Positions 46,799-59,300 of a DNA stretch of 64,000 nt are shown piece after piece. Source of the DNA: Stylophora pistillata. Lineage: Eukaryota. Location: assembly GCF_002571385.2 (NCBI RefSeq), contig NW_019217928.1, positions 78,600-142,599 of the forward strand, written 5' to 3'. Every line of letters starts with the position of its first letter. The stretch's first letter is position 1. Made by a program: the position numbers and the translations under genes. The notes beneath the pieces were generated by a model, which saw nothing but the letters and a program-made list of their open reading frames with translations, searched no databases and was not told the origin of the DNA.

Positions 46799-49700
46799 CT
46801 ATTCACTCTGCTGCTTTGTGCGCATTTCTAATCGTGTTTCATACTTTCTCACTAAAGTTTCTTTTGTTTCTCCATCCATTTTCCCATTCTCAATATCATG
46901 AATAATAGCTTTCAATTTGTCTGCTTCATCCCCATGTAAAACTTCCAGAGCTTCATAAAGAACATCTACATCCAACCAGTCAGCCTTTTTTCTTGCATTC
47001 TGTTCAGATGCTGCCAATTTGACTGCAAAACTGAACCTTGCTCCTACAAAATTGAAAAGAAAAAAATTCAAGCAATGTCATGACAATATCAACTTCATAA
47101 AAGGACATTTAGAAGGTTTCACTGAGAATTACAGCCTAACGGATGTGGCAGAACAAGATATCTAATTGGCAGAATAATAGCTCAGCACTTGCATTTTAAA
47201 ACTCCGTACATTTCTTAGCTTCCTCTGCCAAACAACGATGTGAAATCACCAAAATTTATGTTGTCCAAAAATGTAAACACCAACTCCAAATTATTTAAGT
47301 TTAAATTTTTAACCCCCCCTCACACAGGTAATGCTCAAGTTGAGGTGTGGCACTGTGAGAAACAGTAAACATGTCCAGTCATTCAAAAAATTCTTACTTT
47401 AAATTTAAATTCTGTTTTTTTTTCAGTTTCATTTTCAGTTTTCTTTGCCTTTGTTGTCCTGACTGGTTAAGGTCCCCATTTTCTCAAGAGCACAACACAT
47501 TAAAGTCCCTACGACACCTATTTTTTTAGTATTATAAAAATAGAAGTATGTAGAGGGTGTCTGGTAAGTTTTGTGGGTGATTCTGAAGATGCATCTTTGT
47601 TATTTTATGAGGCGATAAAAGTCCGAAATTGTATTGAACTTAGGCTCCCTGTATCTCTTTGGCCGCGTTTAAGAGTACTGGAACCTGTCACGTAACAGTA
47701 GTCACACCAAGTTTACCAATGTAATCTATTGCATAGATTACTCCGCCAATGTAATCTATTGCATAACTTGCACTTATTGCAAAAAGATTTACATCGGTGA
47801 AACAGGCAGAAGACTAGGTGACCGATTCCGAGAACACCTTTGCGACATGGAGAAGAATGACAAGGACACATCGAAACCAGTTGCTAGACGTTTTAATTTA
47901 CCTAATCATTCTAAGCAACATATGGCAATCTGCGGTCTTTCCTTACACTTAGGTAGCATGGAAAGCCGTAAAACTCTTGAACAAAAGCTCATCTTTCAAA
48001 CAGGTATCAACGAACACTTTTCATTCCACTAATTTATTCGTGTTTTTCTTGTTGCCATGTTCCCACCAATCACGTAGCTCCATTTCTGCCTTTAAATGCA
48101 CACACAACCCTCAATTCCTCTATTCGCTCCAATGAAGGGCTAACGCTCGAAACGTCAGCTTTTATAATCGTAATGGTGGCCAATTTACTATTTCAACTTT
48201 GTTGATATATTCAAATTATTTCGTTACCCCCACCGATGCAGCCCCAAACAGTTTCTTTAGAAACTATCAGCCTTTATTCAAGTTTATCAAAGACTGAAGC
48301 AAAGTGAGTGTGGAAGCTACTGTTTACAATCTTTTTAGCCAAAAAATGCCATTTCGATGTGTAGTTTGGGGTTTTTCCAATACCCCTGACTTGATGAAGA
48401 ATACTTCTCTCCACACGATTCCTACTGTGACGTCATGGCGCCCAGTCCCTCGTTGCTCGGCCAGACATTTTATCTGCGGATTATAGAGCTTGATAAAAAA
48501 TTCAGAAAAGAGCAAAATGCCACAAATGTTGCAAAAACATATTTCAGAGTCATATTTTGATGTAGAATAGAAAAAAAAAAAATAAGTGTCATAGGCACTT
48601 TAACCTTACCATGTCTCCAACCCGTAGCTCTCACCCTGTAGCCCAATGCACCATTAAATCACTTAGTCTGTTCTATGTATCTCTCAGTAATAAATTCCCA
48701 AAAAGCTTTAGTTAAGTTCATAGCCTGTGTAATTCTGGTGAATTTATTCCATACCTTCTATAAGTAGTGGGGGTGGTCGCGCACTGTGCGGAATTGATCC
48801 ATGGAAAATGGCAACACGTCCATATCTTGGCCTCACTGCAAATATCACCTCATTTCCCTCCTCATCATCAAAGAAGACTGTTTCACCATGATGGTTTGCA
48901 GTCCAGTCTTGATTGAGATAAATCAGCAATGTGAATTCATTTTCATTAAATTCACTATCTATGTGAATTGTAGTTGTGTCTGTGGCTTGAATATTATTGC
49001 ATCCAATATCATAAGGAAAATAACCATCCTTTCCAGAAACAAAGGTCACAATCTGACTGACCACATTCCATAACGAGGTTTGTACAAAGTCATCAATTTC
49101 AAATGCCATGATCCACTGCACTTGATCTGTGCTGTCCAGACCAGCTGCATTGTCACTGTATCCGTTGTTTTCAACTGTTTGCCTCAAAGCATCAAGTTCT
49201 TTGGGAGGAAGAATACCATCCAAAACAACAATGGAAAGGCCATTGCTGGAGGTGAAATTCTTAGTGACAAAATCCTGAATATCCAGGGGTCTATCAGTGG
49301 TTGTGTCAGTTTTGGTCAAAAGTTTAAAGCTAGGGAAAACCTCTAGAGGATTAAAATCTCTCCTTGAGGTATTGTCAGGTAACTTTTCTTTTATTTGAGA
49401 ATGCCTAAAGTCATCTGAAATTGAAAAGTGAATTTTTATAAAATACAATCTCTCAGACAAGTCTATCGCTGGAGGCTTGATAACATGTTCTAGAGAGGCA
49501 TGGAGAATTACGAGCCTTCCTCTTTTCGGGTATATAGCTTTCATGATTTCATCCCCGTTGTATACAATCAGCTCACCGTAAGCATTGCGTCTCCAGTTCT
49601 GTACAAGAAAAATTATAGCGATATAGGTGGTGTTGACATTGTTGTCATTTTCAGTAACTTTTTCACTACAGGTATGACCAGCTCTGATGTTGATTTTTCC

Positions 49701-50072
49701 CTCTAAAGACAAAATTCTACTTTCTCCCTTTATTCCAAAGTGCGAAGATAGTGTGTCTGCAACTTTTCTCCAAGTAGAAAAGCTCTTAAAATTATGAGAT
49801 GTCAGATTAGCGGACCAGCTGTAGCAGGCTTTAGTGGACAAATGCTTCTTTCGTCCAGCACTCGCCAAATTATCTTCACTGGGCTGAAATTTCCACATCG
49901 TTTCATCTTGGCCTAGCAAAGATTTCATTTCCCAAATTTCACTCTCAGTAAATAAATCGTCCTTGATCCAAACGTCTTTCAAGTTAAGAGAGTTAGATTG
50001 GTCGATCGTGGAAACGAAAATAAAAATTAAGGAATACACGGCTGATGAGCTAGTCTCTGTGTAAAGGTGCAT
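46799..50072 (-). CDS. Putative secreted/lumenal tandem 2OG-Fe(II) oxygenase (prolyl-hydroxylase-like), 520 aa
   Basis: Exons 48755-50072 and 46799-47043 (phase 1, G|GA). Hydrophobic N-terminus. C-terminal domain has H-x-D (TIHIDS), YLNQDW..GETVFF, distal His (IPHSARPP) and 2OG-binding Arg (GARFSFAVK). The N-terminal domain repeats the fold. Confidence 0.85.
47504..48599. mobile_element. Kolobok-type MITE C with THAP remnant, in the oxygenase intron
   Basis: TTAA|AGTCCCTACGACACCTATTTTT ... AAAAATAAGTGTCATAGGCACT|TTAA; MPFRCVVWGFSNTPDLMKNTSLHTIP at ~48346. Confidence 0.75.
47720..48278 (+). mobile_element. 5'-truncated Penelope-like element: GIY-YIG endonuclease fragment plus pLTR with mutated hammerhead (48126-48159)
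   Basis: Encodes ANVIYCITCTYCKKIYIGETGRRLGDRFREHL...KPVARRFNLPNHS...RKTLEQKLIFQ. TSD CAAGTTTA(C/T)CAA at 47708-47719 and 48279-48290. Confidence 0.9.
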
Positions 50073-50308
50073 TTTTTAAATATTTCCTTAATTTCTTGAT
50101 GGTTTGCCGATTGTCTTGGCACTTGCTATCTGCCCTATTCTAACAGAAGATTTTAGTAGAAAAGTTATGGATTTTTTGCTCATATCTTGAAAGGGTACAA
50201 GTCACTACACGCTTATCGCGCGCGTTTCTCTCCAAAGACGACTTTGTAACCGCTACCCATTGCTTAGCATCCTCCCGATCCTTCCCAGTCTGTTCGAACG
50301 TGACGACC
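50073..50308. promoter_or_regulatory. Compact bidirectional promoter between oxygenase and CDC73
   Basis: Divergent ATGs separated by 236 bp; CpG-richer stretch (TCGCGCGCG). Confidence 0.6.
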
Positions 50309-53300
50309 ATGGCGGACCCTTTGTCGCTTCTTCGACAGTACAACATAAACAAGAAAGAGATCATAGAAAGGTCGGGTGAAATCATATTTGACGAATTCTC
50401 ATTTCCAAGAACAGCAAAGACGAACTATGTTATTTTCAAGTAAGTGGATTTGTGCCTCTTAGTTGTGGAAGCTGTCGTGTTTTCCGTGAACTTTCTCTTT
50501 CTTAAATTCGTTTAATTTGGCACTTGTTGTTGCTTGTATATAACATGTCATTTGACTTTATTGTCTAGATCCCAGCCTAAGGAATACTACACTTTGGAGT
50601 CGCTGTTGTTTCTGCTGAAAAATGTGCATTTATCTCATCCAATTTACGTCCAGCGGGCAGCGGTGAGAAACTAACAGCTTGCACACTCAAATTTCCTTAT
50701 TTAAACATATGTGCGACTGCAGAATCAGGGTGATTATATCGGTGCCAGATGATGCCTTTTAATGATAAAATATTATGAATATGTTATACTTTAACTTGAT
50801 GAAGCAACTCAACTGAATTTGTTTTTTTATTTGTTTTTGTCGTTTTTTCTCACAATGTTTAGTGTTAGAAAAGCATCACTGATAAAGCTAGGGATTTCCT
50901 ACCTACCAGCTAGCACTTCTAAGATATTTCTTTATTTTCCTCTAACTTTCTTTTTCCTTTCATGTTGGCAGGGTACAAAGATACCAGTGGTGAGATTGCC
51001 TGACAGAAAGGTTTGTTTATTTTCTTAATTCTTACTATTTGTATGGTTAATTTTCCATTTTTAAAAGAAAAGTGATGGTGCATCATGATGTGATTGCAGA
51101 AGCTGTAAATACTGACATGCACCTGTCTCATATATTAGTTGTAATTCAGCTCCCTGGTCTTCATTCTCCGAGTCACAAAGCTGATTCTGACTCAGCTTAG
51201 TTCTACAATCAGGGCTTGATAGTATGACAGTAATTGTAACTAACTAGCCACAGACTAGTAGAAATTCAGGTTTGGCTTGTGGTTTTCAATTTCTACTAGC
51301 CAATTTGGCTAGTAAACAAACTGAAATTGTTGTAACATCTAAGTTGTCACCAACCACCTGGATAATAAGTTAAAAAGTTAGTGTCGAGCCGTGAAAAGGG
51401 GTATCTCCACAAGCATGGACCTGTTATCGTCCTCGATGATGTGTTTCTTTCAAACTTTAAATACTCAGCTTTACCTGGCAGTATTGGTGGCATAAAACAA
51501 AAGGGCTCAAGCACTTTTCAAGTTAGTTACAGACCAAAGCTTCAATTTGCAAAAACATTGTAACAAGAGCTGGAGCTCAGCAAAGATCATTGACTATCGT
51601 GATCTTAAATCAAAGGGGCCATTTGTTGTCTGATGACACATTAGAATTTTCTAAATTTTAAATTCAATGAATGAAATCAATGAATATTATATGAGAAGTC
51701 TTCCAGTTGTCACAATAGAACTGGATTTCCACTGTCATGTTTTTGTCCAGGCATGGGAATGTGCTTGGACTAGATATTGTTGTATTTCCACTTCCATTAT
51801 TTCCCTAAGGTGTCAACATGCACTTTACGCATAACATAATAACGAGAATGCAGAGGAAAGTTCACTAGTCTTCAACTTCACACACGGTCCTTTGTTTTTG
51901 CTCATAAAAACAAAACATAGGATATTCATTTTTTTGCAGCAGTGGAAGTTGATAACATCTTTACTGATGTTTTAGATATAGTAAAACTTACGTGAACTAG
52001 GGACTTACCAAATATGCTGATCAAATTGCAAGGATTACTAGTGATTTTAAAAGGGATGTAGTAATTCAACATATATAAACATACAGAGCAATGATTGTCT
52101 TAAATGACCTAATGTACAGTTAACACATCTATAAATTTCAGGTCATATCAACTAAGTTGAAATTGTGAATTGGCCACTGTAAAGAGTTAAAAAGCTGACG
52201 TTTTGAGTGTTAGCCCTTTATCAGTCCTACGGTGGCCAATTTACAATTTCAACCTAGTTGATATTACCAAATTACCTTGTTACCCCCACCGACTCAGCAC
52301 CACAGTTTCTTTAGAAACTTACCCATTTATAAATTTCAGGGATTACTCTGCTATCTCAATGGAGAGACAGGTTGGTGTACTTAGCAACAGCATTGCAATC
52401 ACTTGCATGTAATTCATGTATCAGAATTAAGTGTTTGTTTTCACCCACTGTGACTGCTCCTGGTTAGCGCATGTTTTAGAGCTATGTGGGATGAAAAGGG
52501 TTCAAGGTTTAAGCCCCAGACCAGACCAAAACTCGGGGTCTTAAAATAACTAAAGAGAATATGCTGCCTTTGCTATGACATCTGTTAATGGTTGGACATT
52601 CTAGTCTTCTTCGATAAGGATGAAAAACCTAGGCCATCTCCTGCATCTTCTCTGTACCAGTTAGCAGGGTGGTTAAGAAACCTACATACTTATCGCAAAG
52701 AGTGGGGAATGTACAGTAGCTCTCAGTGTTGTGGTCTGGCCTTGGCTCTGAAATTGGGGGAATCTGCAAAAATTTCCTTTAAAGAATGGTAAACTGCTCC
52801 ATGCACTCTGGCCAAAGTCCCCATTAAGTGTTGTAAAGTGCCACGAGCTATAGAATATGGGGCTACAGAAATCTTCATTGTAATTATTATTATTATCGCA
52901 GTACTGAACTTCTAGATGCTGAGCTTACTAAAAAAAAGAACATGGGGTGTAACAAATGTTCCCACTGGGATTATAACTTTCTATACTATACAACGTGCAG
53001 AAATGGTGGGAAACTAATAACACTAATTAAGACAGCTCGTGTTCCTTTAAAAACCTAATTTAAAAACGACATCCTAACATTTGCTAGAAAGACTGGCCAC
53101 TGGTTACTATCAATTTCACTAACTATTTACAATCTATCTTAAAGTCAATTAGACAGCAACCTTGAATGTCCAGGCGATGTGGAGCATACTTGAAATGACC
53201 GATCTCTGCATTAGCCTTTAGATTTCTCTGCATCTAGAACCTAGGAGCATCCTGAGGGGTCTTTCCATGTCCACACTCCAGCCTCCCAACACATCTATGA

Positions 53301-56300
53301 TCACGTCGTATTGGTTGATCTTATAACCCTTGTACTGTGCTTTCATCTCCCATCAAAGCGGTCCATACTTGAGTTATTATTATTATTATTATTATTATTA
53401 ACTTATTTCCAATAGAAGGTGACTATGGTTTGCCCATTGAAGAAAGTTATAATTTTTTTTTTTTGAAATTGTACCAATTCATGGTTGTTATTTTCCTCAA
53501 TCTTTACAGATAGTGCAAGTAGCATTGACAAGAGTGTTCCATTGGAAATGCCTAACCAGCGCTCTGCTATTGCTCAGGCACAAGGTTTTTATCTTATTCC
53601 TTTCCATTTCACTGTTCACTCTCAAGATCAAAACATCAATTCTCTGCACTGTCTGCTATACATTTCTCATAATTTTAGATATGAGAATTTGGTTAAATCA
53701 ATCAATATTTCCTAGTTGATATATTTTCTTTCCTTTCTCACCTTTTGCATGAAAATGTGCAAATAGTGTAGGGGGGGGGGGATTTCTTTTTAGTGTCTCC
53801 TGGAAATAAAATTGTTTACCCTCTGATTCTTAAGAGTGGCTAGCACCTAGTTACCCTTTTGATTTATCACTTCTGAATAAAAAGTTGAGGTCAGTACGGT
53901 AAAGAAAATTATCTCCAACTGAGAAAGCTTGCCATTGTTAAGCAACTTCTCATTGGCAGTGCCACTGGAAATGTCTGGAGAACAGTGTAGAGAAATGCAT
54001 ATTGATCTCAAAATTTGTTTTCATTTATCAGCAAAAAGGCCAGGAGATGACTCTGTGGGAGGAGAGATCAAGAAACCACGAGTTGAGGTTTGTACATATA
54101 TCTTATTAACCAGGCATGAGGGCCATACTGGGAGAATATCGGCCTGAGGTCTTGACAGTATGGACCAAGCGCAGCGAGGTCGGTACAAAAAAGACCGAGG
54201 GCCGATATTCTTCCAGTACGGTCCTGAGCAAGCTTGGTTAGTAAGAGATTTATTATACGACTGAAGTTCAAAGGGACACAAGTGCGGTATCATTCGGGAC
54301 CATTTGGGACAGTGCCTGGTCCAATACTGAGAGAATATTGACCGGCAATAGAGCATTTTGATTGGTTGATTTTAGTTATTGGCCCTCTGACTGCCCAAGT
54401 CGTGTAATAAAAAGTTATACAAGTTACTGGACGGTATGTCCTTAAAAGTGGTATTTGTGATTTACCTAAAAAATGTTTCAGAGAACTTATGCATGTGGCA
54501 TATTTTATTTAATACAAGCATGCAAGTTACATGTGACTTGGTATCTCTCTGTGCTGGGTGCAAGCATTATTAATCAAGGGTATGTTACTAATTTTCGCTT
54601 TAAATGTGCATTTTTATCTTCCAGACGGAGCAGTTACGTCTGGACAAGGTATGGTAATTTTACAACATTCTGCCTTAATTATTGCACCTGCTCACTGTGT
54701 TGTTACCTAGCTGTACTGAGTTCTATTTTGCTTGTGCTGAAGGGGAAAAAAAAAAACAAAGTGTTACAGAAAAAAATGCAAAGAAAAAAAAATTATAACT
54801 TGTCATAACATTTTACTTTGTATTCTATATACTGAACAATAAATCACTAGCCTGTGAACAAGCCCTTATTATTAGTAGCTTCTTCAGCTGTTTACAGTAT
54901 TCTGTTTTCCTTTTACCTTAGAAAAGGTTGGAAGCTCGACTTGAAGGACACAAGGAGGGAACTGTCACCACAGAACAAATCAGGTAGAATGTTGTATGTT
55001 GCTCTTTTTTAGTCTAAGAAATTATTAACTTTACTACACAGAAATATATTATTTGCTTGAAAGAAAAGTATTCTGAGTGTGGTTAATTTCTTTTTTGACA
55101 ATTTAAGGCTGATGAAAAGTGTCATACTTGATTGATTTTTTAATTAAAAGTTATTTGCAATCAGTCTCATTTCTTCTGTTTTTTTTTTTCCTCCTAAATA
55201 TTTTTAATGTAGATCTTTGAGTGATGCTATGTCTGTTGAGAAGATTGCAGCCATCAAGGCTAAGCGTTTGGCCAAGAAAAGGACCACCATCAAAGTGGAT
55301 GATGACTTGGAATCTGGTGTTTTGGTATGGAAAATTGCACCGTCAAATAAAACGATACGATCTCTGGATTGAGTGGTCTGGGTGTGAGCCCTGGCTGTGG
55401 ACGTTGTGTTGTGTTCTTAGAACAGACACTTTATTCTCGGAGTGCCTCTCTTCACCCTGGTGTTAAAATGGTTACTGGCAAATTTAATGTTGAGGGGTGA
55501 CCTGGGATGGACTAGCATTCCATCCAGGGGGGAGCAGAAATGCTCCCAGTTGTCTTATGCCATAGAAACCAGAGTTCTATGCCGGCCTGATGGGTGACTT
55601 GGCTTGTAAACGGACTTTAAAAAAAGTGCTTAATTGATATACAAAATCTCCTCTCAGTACCATAGGAAATCTGCAGAGAGCAGTGTGGAGAAAACACATG
55701 CTGACAGCATTCCAAATTCCAATTGGATCTGAAGTGGAGTGTTTTTAACATAAGCCACTGGCTTGGAAGATTGAGCAACCACTTCTTACATTATCAACTT
55801 TAAATAGATTATTTATCTATTATTTATTATTTATTATTATGCTGATGTGAGGATATGAGGGTTGACCCTTGAGGATAACTAGCTTCTAATTTCTCCTTGC
55901 AACATCACTCCTACATCAAACAATACAATAGAATACATAGCTTATATAGTGCAATACATAGCTAAAATAGTGCAGCACTTCTCAGAGATCCAGCGGCGCT
56001 TTACAATGATAGTGATAGAAAAATATGATCAATTAAGAATTAAAGTGAATTAAAAAACTAGTGAAAAATTAATGAATGCAAAAACTACAACTGCCTAAAT
56101 AAATGGGTTTTAAGTTAGACTTAAATGTTGTTAAAAGTTCCACTTGCCTAATATCATCCGGCAAGGCATTCCACGGAGTAGGAGCACGAGGTCACGAGAT
56201 TAAAGGAAATAATCACCAACTAGAAGAACTCGCGATTGCTAATCAAATTCTCCTTGTTAGTGCCATGTGAAATGTAAAGAAAACCATCTGGAAAATATAC

Positions 56301-59300
56301 AGACTAATATGTGTCCTTACTTGCATTGACTAAAAAATTATTGTGGGTGCTTGTATACAGGTATACAAATATGTGCATTGATACAGCAATGTCGAGTTGC
56401 ACAATTGAGCAGCCTGACCATATTATTTTCTGAAACAACTATTAATCTTGTGACCACTAGGTGACCAACATCTAATTTCTCCTCACAATATCACCCTTGA
56501 ATCACACATAAAGGTCATGAGAATAAAGGAAATGATCAGCGTAAGAGTGACCAGCATCTAATTTCTCCTCACAATATCACTCCTGAATCACACATTAAGG
56601 TCATGAGAATAAATGAAATGATCAGCGTAAGAGTGACCAGCATCTAATTTCTCCTCACAATATCACTCCTGAATCACACATTAAGGTCATGAGAATAAAT
56701 GAAATGATCAGCGTAAGAGTGACCAGCATCTAATTTCTCCTCACAATATCACCCCTGAATCACACATAAAGGTCATGAGAATAAAGGAAATGATCACCAA
56801 TCCAAGAAGCTGTTGATTGTTAAACAATTTCTCCTTCTCAGCACCTTAGGAAATATATGGAGATCAGTTGGGAGAATATGCAAACTGAAGTTTGGGTGTA
56901 AAAGGTTAAACATGGATTTGAATTGCTTTATTTTTGTAGGAACACAGAGTTTTTGTTGATGCTGAAGTTGATGTTACAAAAGATATTGTAAGTCGTGAAC
57001 GACCTCTTCGCACACGCACATCTGTTCTGCAGAGTTCCGGCAAGGTATGTGACAAAGAGGAATGATATGCTCTATACAAATAATACAACTAGTCCATAGG
57101 TGATATCTATTTGAACTTTCTGATCTCTTTAGAACGTGCTCATGGTTTGGCCTTGTTGCCAAGCCATATTGTTGTTCAGTCCAACAGACTGTGGTAATTC
57201 ATCATTTAATCATGTGTAAATGTTTTCAGCAATTTCTGAAGAATGTGCTCGCCATACTTCAATCTGTAAAAGCACAAGAGGAAGGAAAAGTAAAACAGCT
57301 TCAAAATCAAGATCCCTTTACAAATTCAGTAAGATTTTAAAGTGGCTTTTGATTTTTTTTTTGTGCCAATAAACTGAAGCTATAGTCAATGTCTCTTGGA
57401 ATTCTTTGGTTCTCAACCTTTTAACTCCCAGTTATGATGAACATGTAGCTTTTCCCTCAAATATTTAAACATTTTCCATCAAACAAGTAATAAGAATACT
57501 CAACTTTAACAAGTTGAAGTTGTTATCTTGATCTAACACCGAATTCTTGTAATTTATTTACAAGGAAATGTTTATCAGTTAGAGGGGAGAATTAACAATC
57601 AGTTTGTGAGAGTTAACTGGTTAATTGTTCTTGAAACAGGAAGCAAGAAAGAAGCCTGCAACTCCAGTGCCATACAACAGATATGATCAAGAACGATTTA
57701 GGGGAAAAGAAGGTACAGTGCAGAGCTTACAAGTAGCATTACAACATATTATTTATTACTGGTTAAAAGATACCAGTAGCAATTTTTAGTTGCTGTTTGG
57801 TTATTTTAATTTCAAAGCTAACAAACTTGCTTCTTTGGCAAACAAAAGTAGCTTGAATTAAAATGTTAGTTGTACATGTAGAAGTGAAATAGCTTTGATT
57901 TACTATTTCAACAGAAACTGAGGGCATAGTTTTGATTTACTATTTCAACAGAAACTGAGGGCTTCAAAATTGATACAATGGGAACATACCATGGCCTTAG
58001 TTTGGAATCTGTGAAGGTATGGAGTACTACTGGTAGTTTGAATCATGGAGATAGAGATTTATATACCCTTCAAACAACTGAGGCGAGATGGATATGGCTG
58101 TATCTTTTCTTAATACTTATCCACTAGACAGCTTTATTGGCCCTTTGGGTAATTGGACCCTGGATTCCAGTGAGCTAATCCCTCCAACATTATATTTTAA
58201 ACTATTTTGTTATCACTTACAGGAAGGAGTTCAGAAACCCAAGAAAGTCTTTCCCAGTCCTTCTCCTCATACACAGCCGAGCAAAGCCCCCAGGCCCAGT
58301 GAGTACTAGTAACTTCTTACAGTCCATTACAGCTTTAATGCAATATAAGCGCCCAGTTAGTAGAGTTTGGTAGAAAAAAAGTTGGAAAGTCCAGATTGGA
58401 CTCAACTTCTGCCCAAGCAGCTGCTTAATTGCTTCTCATAACAGAGCATGTGCTTGGCTAAGGATAGGCTTGCTCCTAACATTATCAGGACAAGTATCAA
58501 ACAGAGAACTGAGAAGATTAAAGATAATGTCAATCAGAGGATTATCAATTGATCCAAAACCAAATTCTCTACACGGACATCATAAGAATTGGGTGTCAGA
58601 TGGTAAGGAGAATTACTAAATGAGATTTCGGGAGTGAAAAGATTAATTTGCTTTTCTCTTGACGGTAGACACCTACATGTAGATCAAGATGGAAGTAAAT
58701 TTGTGTCAAAAACTTAGAATTTCTCAAGTTCATTAAAACAACGATAGGGATGTTTTTTTTCAGTCTTGATCTTTATTGACCAAAAGTTATCATGCAACAG
58801 TATTAATAAATTATTAACTCCCATAATTTACATGTGCAACAGTCTATGACAATTTATATTTTCAGTTCCTCAAAAGCCAAATCATCCTCCAAAACGAGGT
58901 AAGAGTGTGAACATATACAGTTTTTTCTTACTGTTTGTTTTTCCATTTATGAATAAGTCTTAAAACTTTAAGAGTTCACATGTGGATTGGTTTAGAGGGA
59001 CTTTTCTAACTTGTACACACCCCCCCCCTCCCACAAAAACAAACCAACAAACAAACAAAAACAAAGGCAAAAACAAAGCGAAACAAAACAAAAAAAAACA
59101 AATCAAATCAATCCACAAAAGAAGACAGATCAGAGAATAAAAAAACCTTCCAAACAGTTGAATGCCTGTAACTGTAATAGTTAAATAATTTGGATATATC
59201 AACAAAGTTGAAATGGTAAATTGGCCACCGTAACGATTACTGTAATAATTACATTGTTTTACATAACGAAGCTACATGTAATTCTCGGAGATTTCAGAGC

